Shown here: one piece after another, positions 61,318 to 64,000 of the stretch
Position numbering within the stretch: the first letter of the stretch is position 1
Layout: each line of letters opens with the position of its first letter
DNA from: the human T2T-CHM13v2.0 reference genome, Homo sapiens
DNA length: 64,000 bases
Assembly (NCBI RefSeq): GCF_009914755.1
Contig: NC_060939.1
Reading direction: 5' to 3' (one strand)
The notes under the pieces: generated by a model
Databases searched by the model: none
What the model was told of the DNA's origin: nothing
What the model saw: the letters and a program-made list of their open reading frames with translations, nothing else
Program-made: the position numbers and the translations under genes

Positions 61318-61832
61318 TGACTAGCTGGGACTACAGGCACCCGCCACCAGGCCTGGCTAATTTTTTTTTTTATTTTTAGTAGAGACGGGGTTTCACTGTG
61401 TTAGCCAGGGTGGTCTCAATCTCCTGACCTCGTGATCCACCCACCTTGGCCTCCCAAAGTGCTGGGATTACAGGTGTGAGCCACTGCGCCCGGACTCTCT
61501 TTTTTCTTTTTGAGTCATCTTTTTAATCTCACTTTCAAGTTAGAAAATAAATTCTATCAAGGATGCTGTAGTTTAATGGGAAATACTTTAGTGAGAAAAG
61601 AAACTTTGGGAAGATTGATTCAACATCCCTCCGAGTGATGGTGTTAACTTCAAAGGAGGAAAATCCAACTGTTCATTGTCTAGACCAAGGTCACTTTCCC
61701 AAATTACCTACCAACAATGGCAGGCCCTAAAAGATCCAAAACCTTAATGGAAGACAGGGATGAGGGGAAAGATATTTGAAACACTTCTACATGTTTCTCA
61801 TTTGATTTATTTATTTTATTTTATTTTTTTGA

Positions 61833-62120
<288 letters not shown>

Positions 62121-62326
62121 TGATTTAAAGTATTTTCTTCCCCTTAGTAATTACTTGCAGAGAAGCCGGATATCACCTTTCAGTGTAATTTCTTACCCTA
62201 CAGCCTAGGAAAATATTTGTTAACAGTAAAGTAAAAAATGTTTATTTAATATAATGAAATTTAATTAGCAGCTGAATAGTATTTACCGGTGCCCTGCATG
62301 TGCATATTGGAGTGATTGCCTTCTGA

Positions 62327-62476
<150 letters not shown>

Positions 62477-62634
62477 TGAGTAGCTGGGACTACAGGTGCG
62501 TGCCACCACACCTGGCTAATTTTTTATTTTTAGTAGAGATGGGGTTTCACCATGTTGGCCAGGCTGGTCTCAAACTCCTAACCTCAGGTGACCCGCCCCC
62601 TTGGCCTCCCAAAGTGCTGGGATTATAGGCGTGA

Positions 62635-62856
<222 letters not shown>

Positions 62857-63082
62857 TAGCCAAGATGGTCTCATTCTCCTGACCTCGTGATCTGCCCGCC
62901 TCGGCTTCCCAAAGTGCTGGGATTAGAGGCGTGAGCCCTGTGCCTGGCCAAAAGTTTATTCTTTTGTTTATTTTTAATGGATAAACTATAATTTCTCTCA
63001 AATTAACAAAAAATCAGTGGGGGGTCTATGAAATAATTTGCTTTTTCATTTTGTTTTCTGTTTTCTTTCTTTAAATGCCTAG

Positions 63083-63338
<256 letters not shown>

Positions 63339-64000
63339 TAGCCAGGATGGTCTCTATCTCCTGACCTTGTGATCCGCCCGCCTCGGCCTCCCAAAGTGCT
63401 GGGATTACAGGCGTGAGCCACCATGTCTGGCCTCTCTCCCACTATTCTTATAGCTACTTTTATTTTTCATGTTTCAGAAGTCAGCTGCTGTGGTCCACCC
63501 TTGCCACTCAGTATTGTATTAAGTTTGAATATGTGTTATGCCTGGAATACCCTGTAATGTGTTTGTGGTCTCTGGTATTCCTTAAGATACAAGCAGTAAG
63601 TCTGCTTGGAACACATTCATTCTCCATATGTCTGTTGTTAAAAGTTAGGTCAGAGTCCTAACTTTTGCAGTTAGTACTGAGATTCCCTTCCTCCTTTTTT
63701 AGCCAAAGCATTAGAGGAGCCCACAACTTGTGTTAGAGGAGATCCACATCCATAAAATTCTTCATGGTTTAGGGTTCCCTTTGTTACTTGCAGCTGCTTA
63801 ATGAAGTAAAAAACTGCTCATCTTAGAACACTACCCAATGATTTGTGCACGTATTGGAGAAAAAGCTGACAGCAAGCTCCACCCTGCCCAGCAAGAAATG
63901 AGCGTTTGAGTGACTTTTCCCCTACAGGATTCTTAGCTCCTGCTGCTGCCTTCAGATTCTAGTACTCCAGGCCCTCAGGCTTATTGTAACTCTACTCCAG

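Overview
This is human (primate) genomic DNA, recognisable as the NUSAP1-NDUFAF1-RTF1 neighbourhood (15q15.1, from recall). It holds three genes. (1) The last exon and 3'UTR of NUSAP1 (+). (2) The whole NDUFAF1 gene (-): a non-coding exon 1 plus four coding exons of 573+186+75+150 = 984 nt, i.e. 327 aa. (3) The CpG-island promoter and coding exons 1-2 of RTF1 (+). More than half of the window, by eye, is Alu, often nested; nearly all ORFs in the supplied track are Alu or SVA artefacts. Older L1, L2, MIR, MER5, THE1, MLT1 and ERVL relics lie between them. The most striking element is a human-specific SVA_F1 carrying 82 bp of MAST2 exon 1. It inserted into the tail/TSD junction of an Alu in the short gap between the convergent NUSAP1 and NDUFAF1 3' ends. 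Other oddities: a ~190-bp unique segment of RTF1 intron 1 that was copied into an old L1; a trimeric Alu; template-switch filler at a THE1 LTR junction; an AluYa5-like insertion; and an NRF1 palindrome centred on the first RTF1 ATG. I found no evidence of a wholly new multi-gene system; the findings are local structural and regulatory candidates. Repeat boundaries and subfamily calls were made by eye and are approximate.
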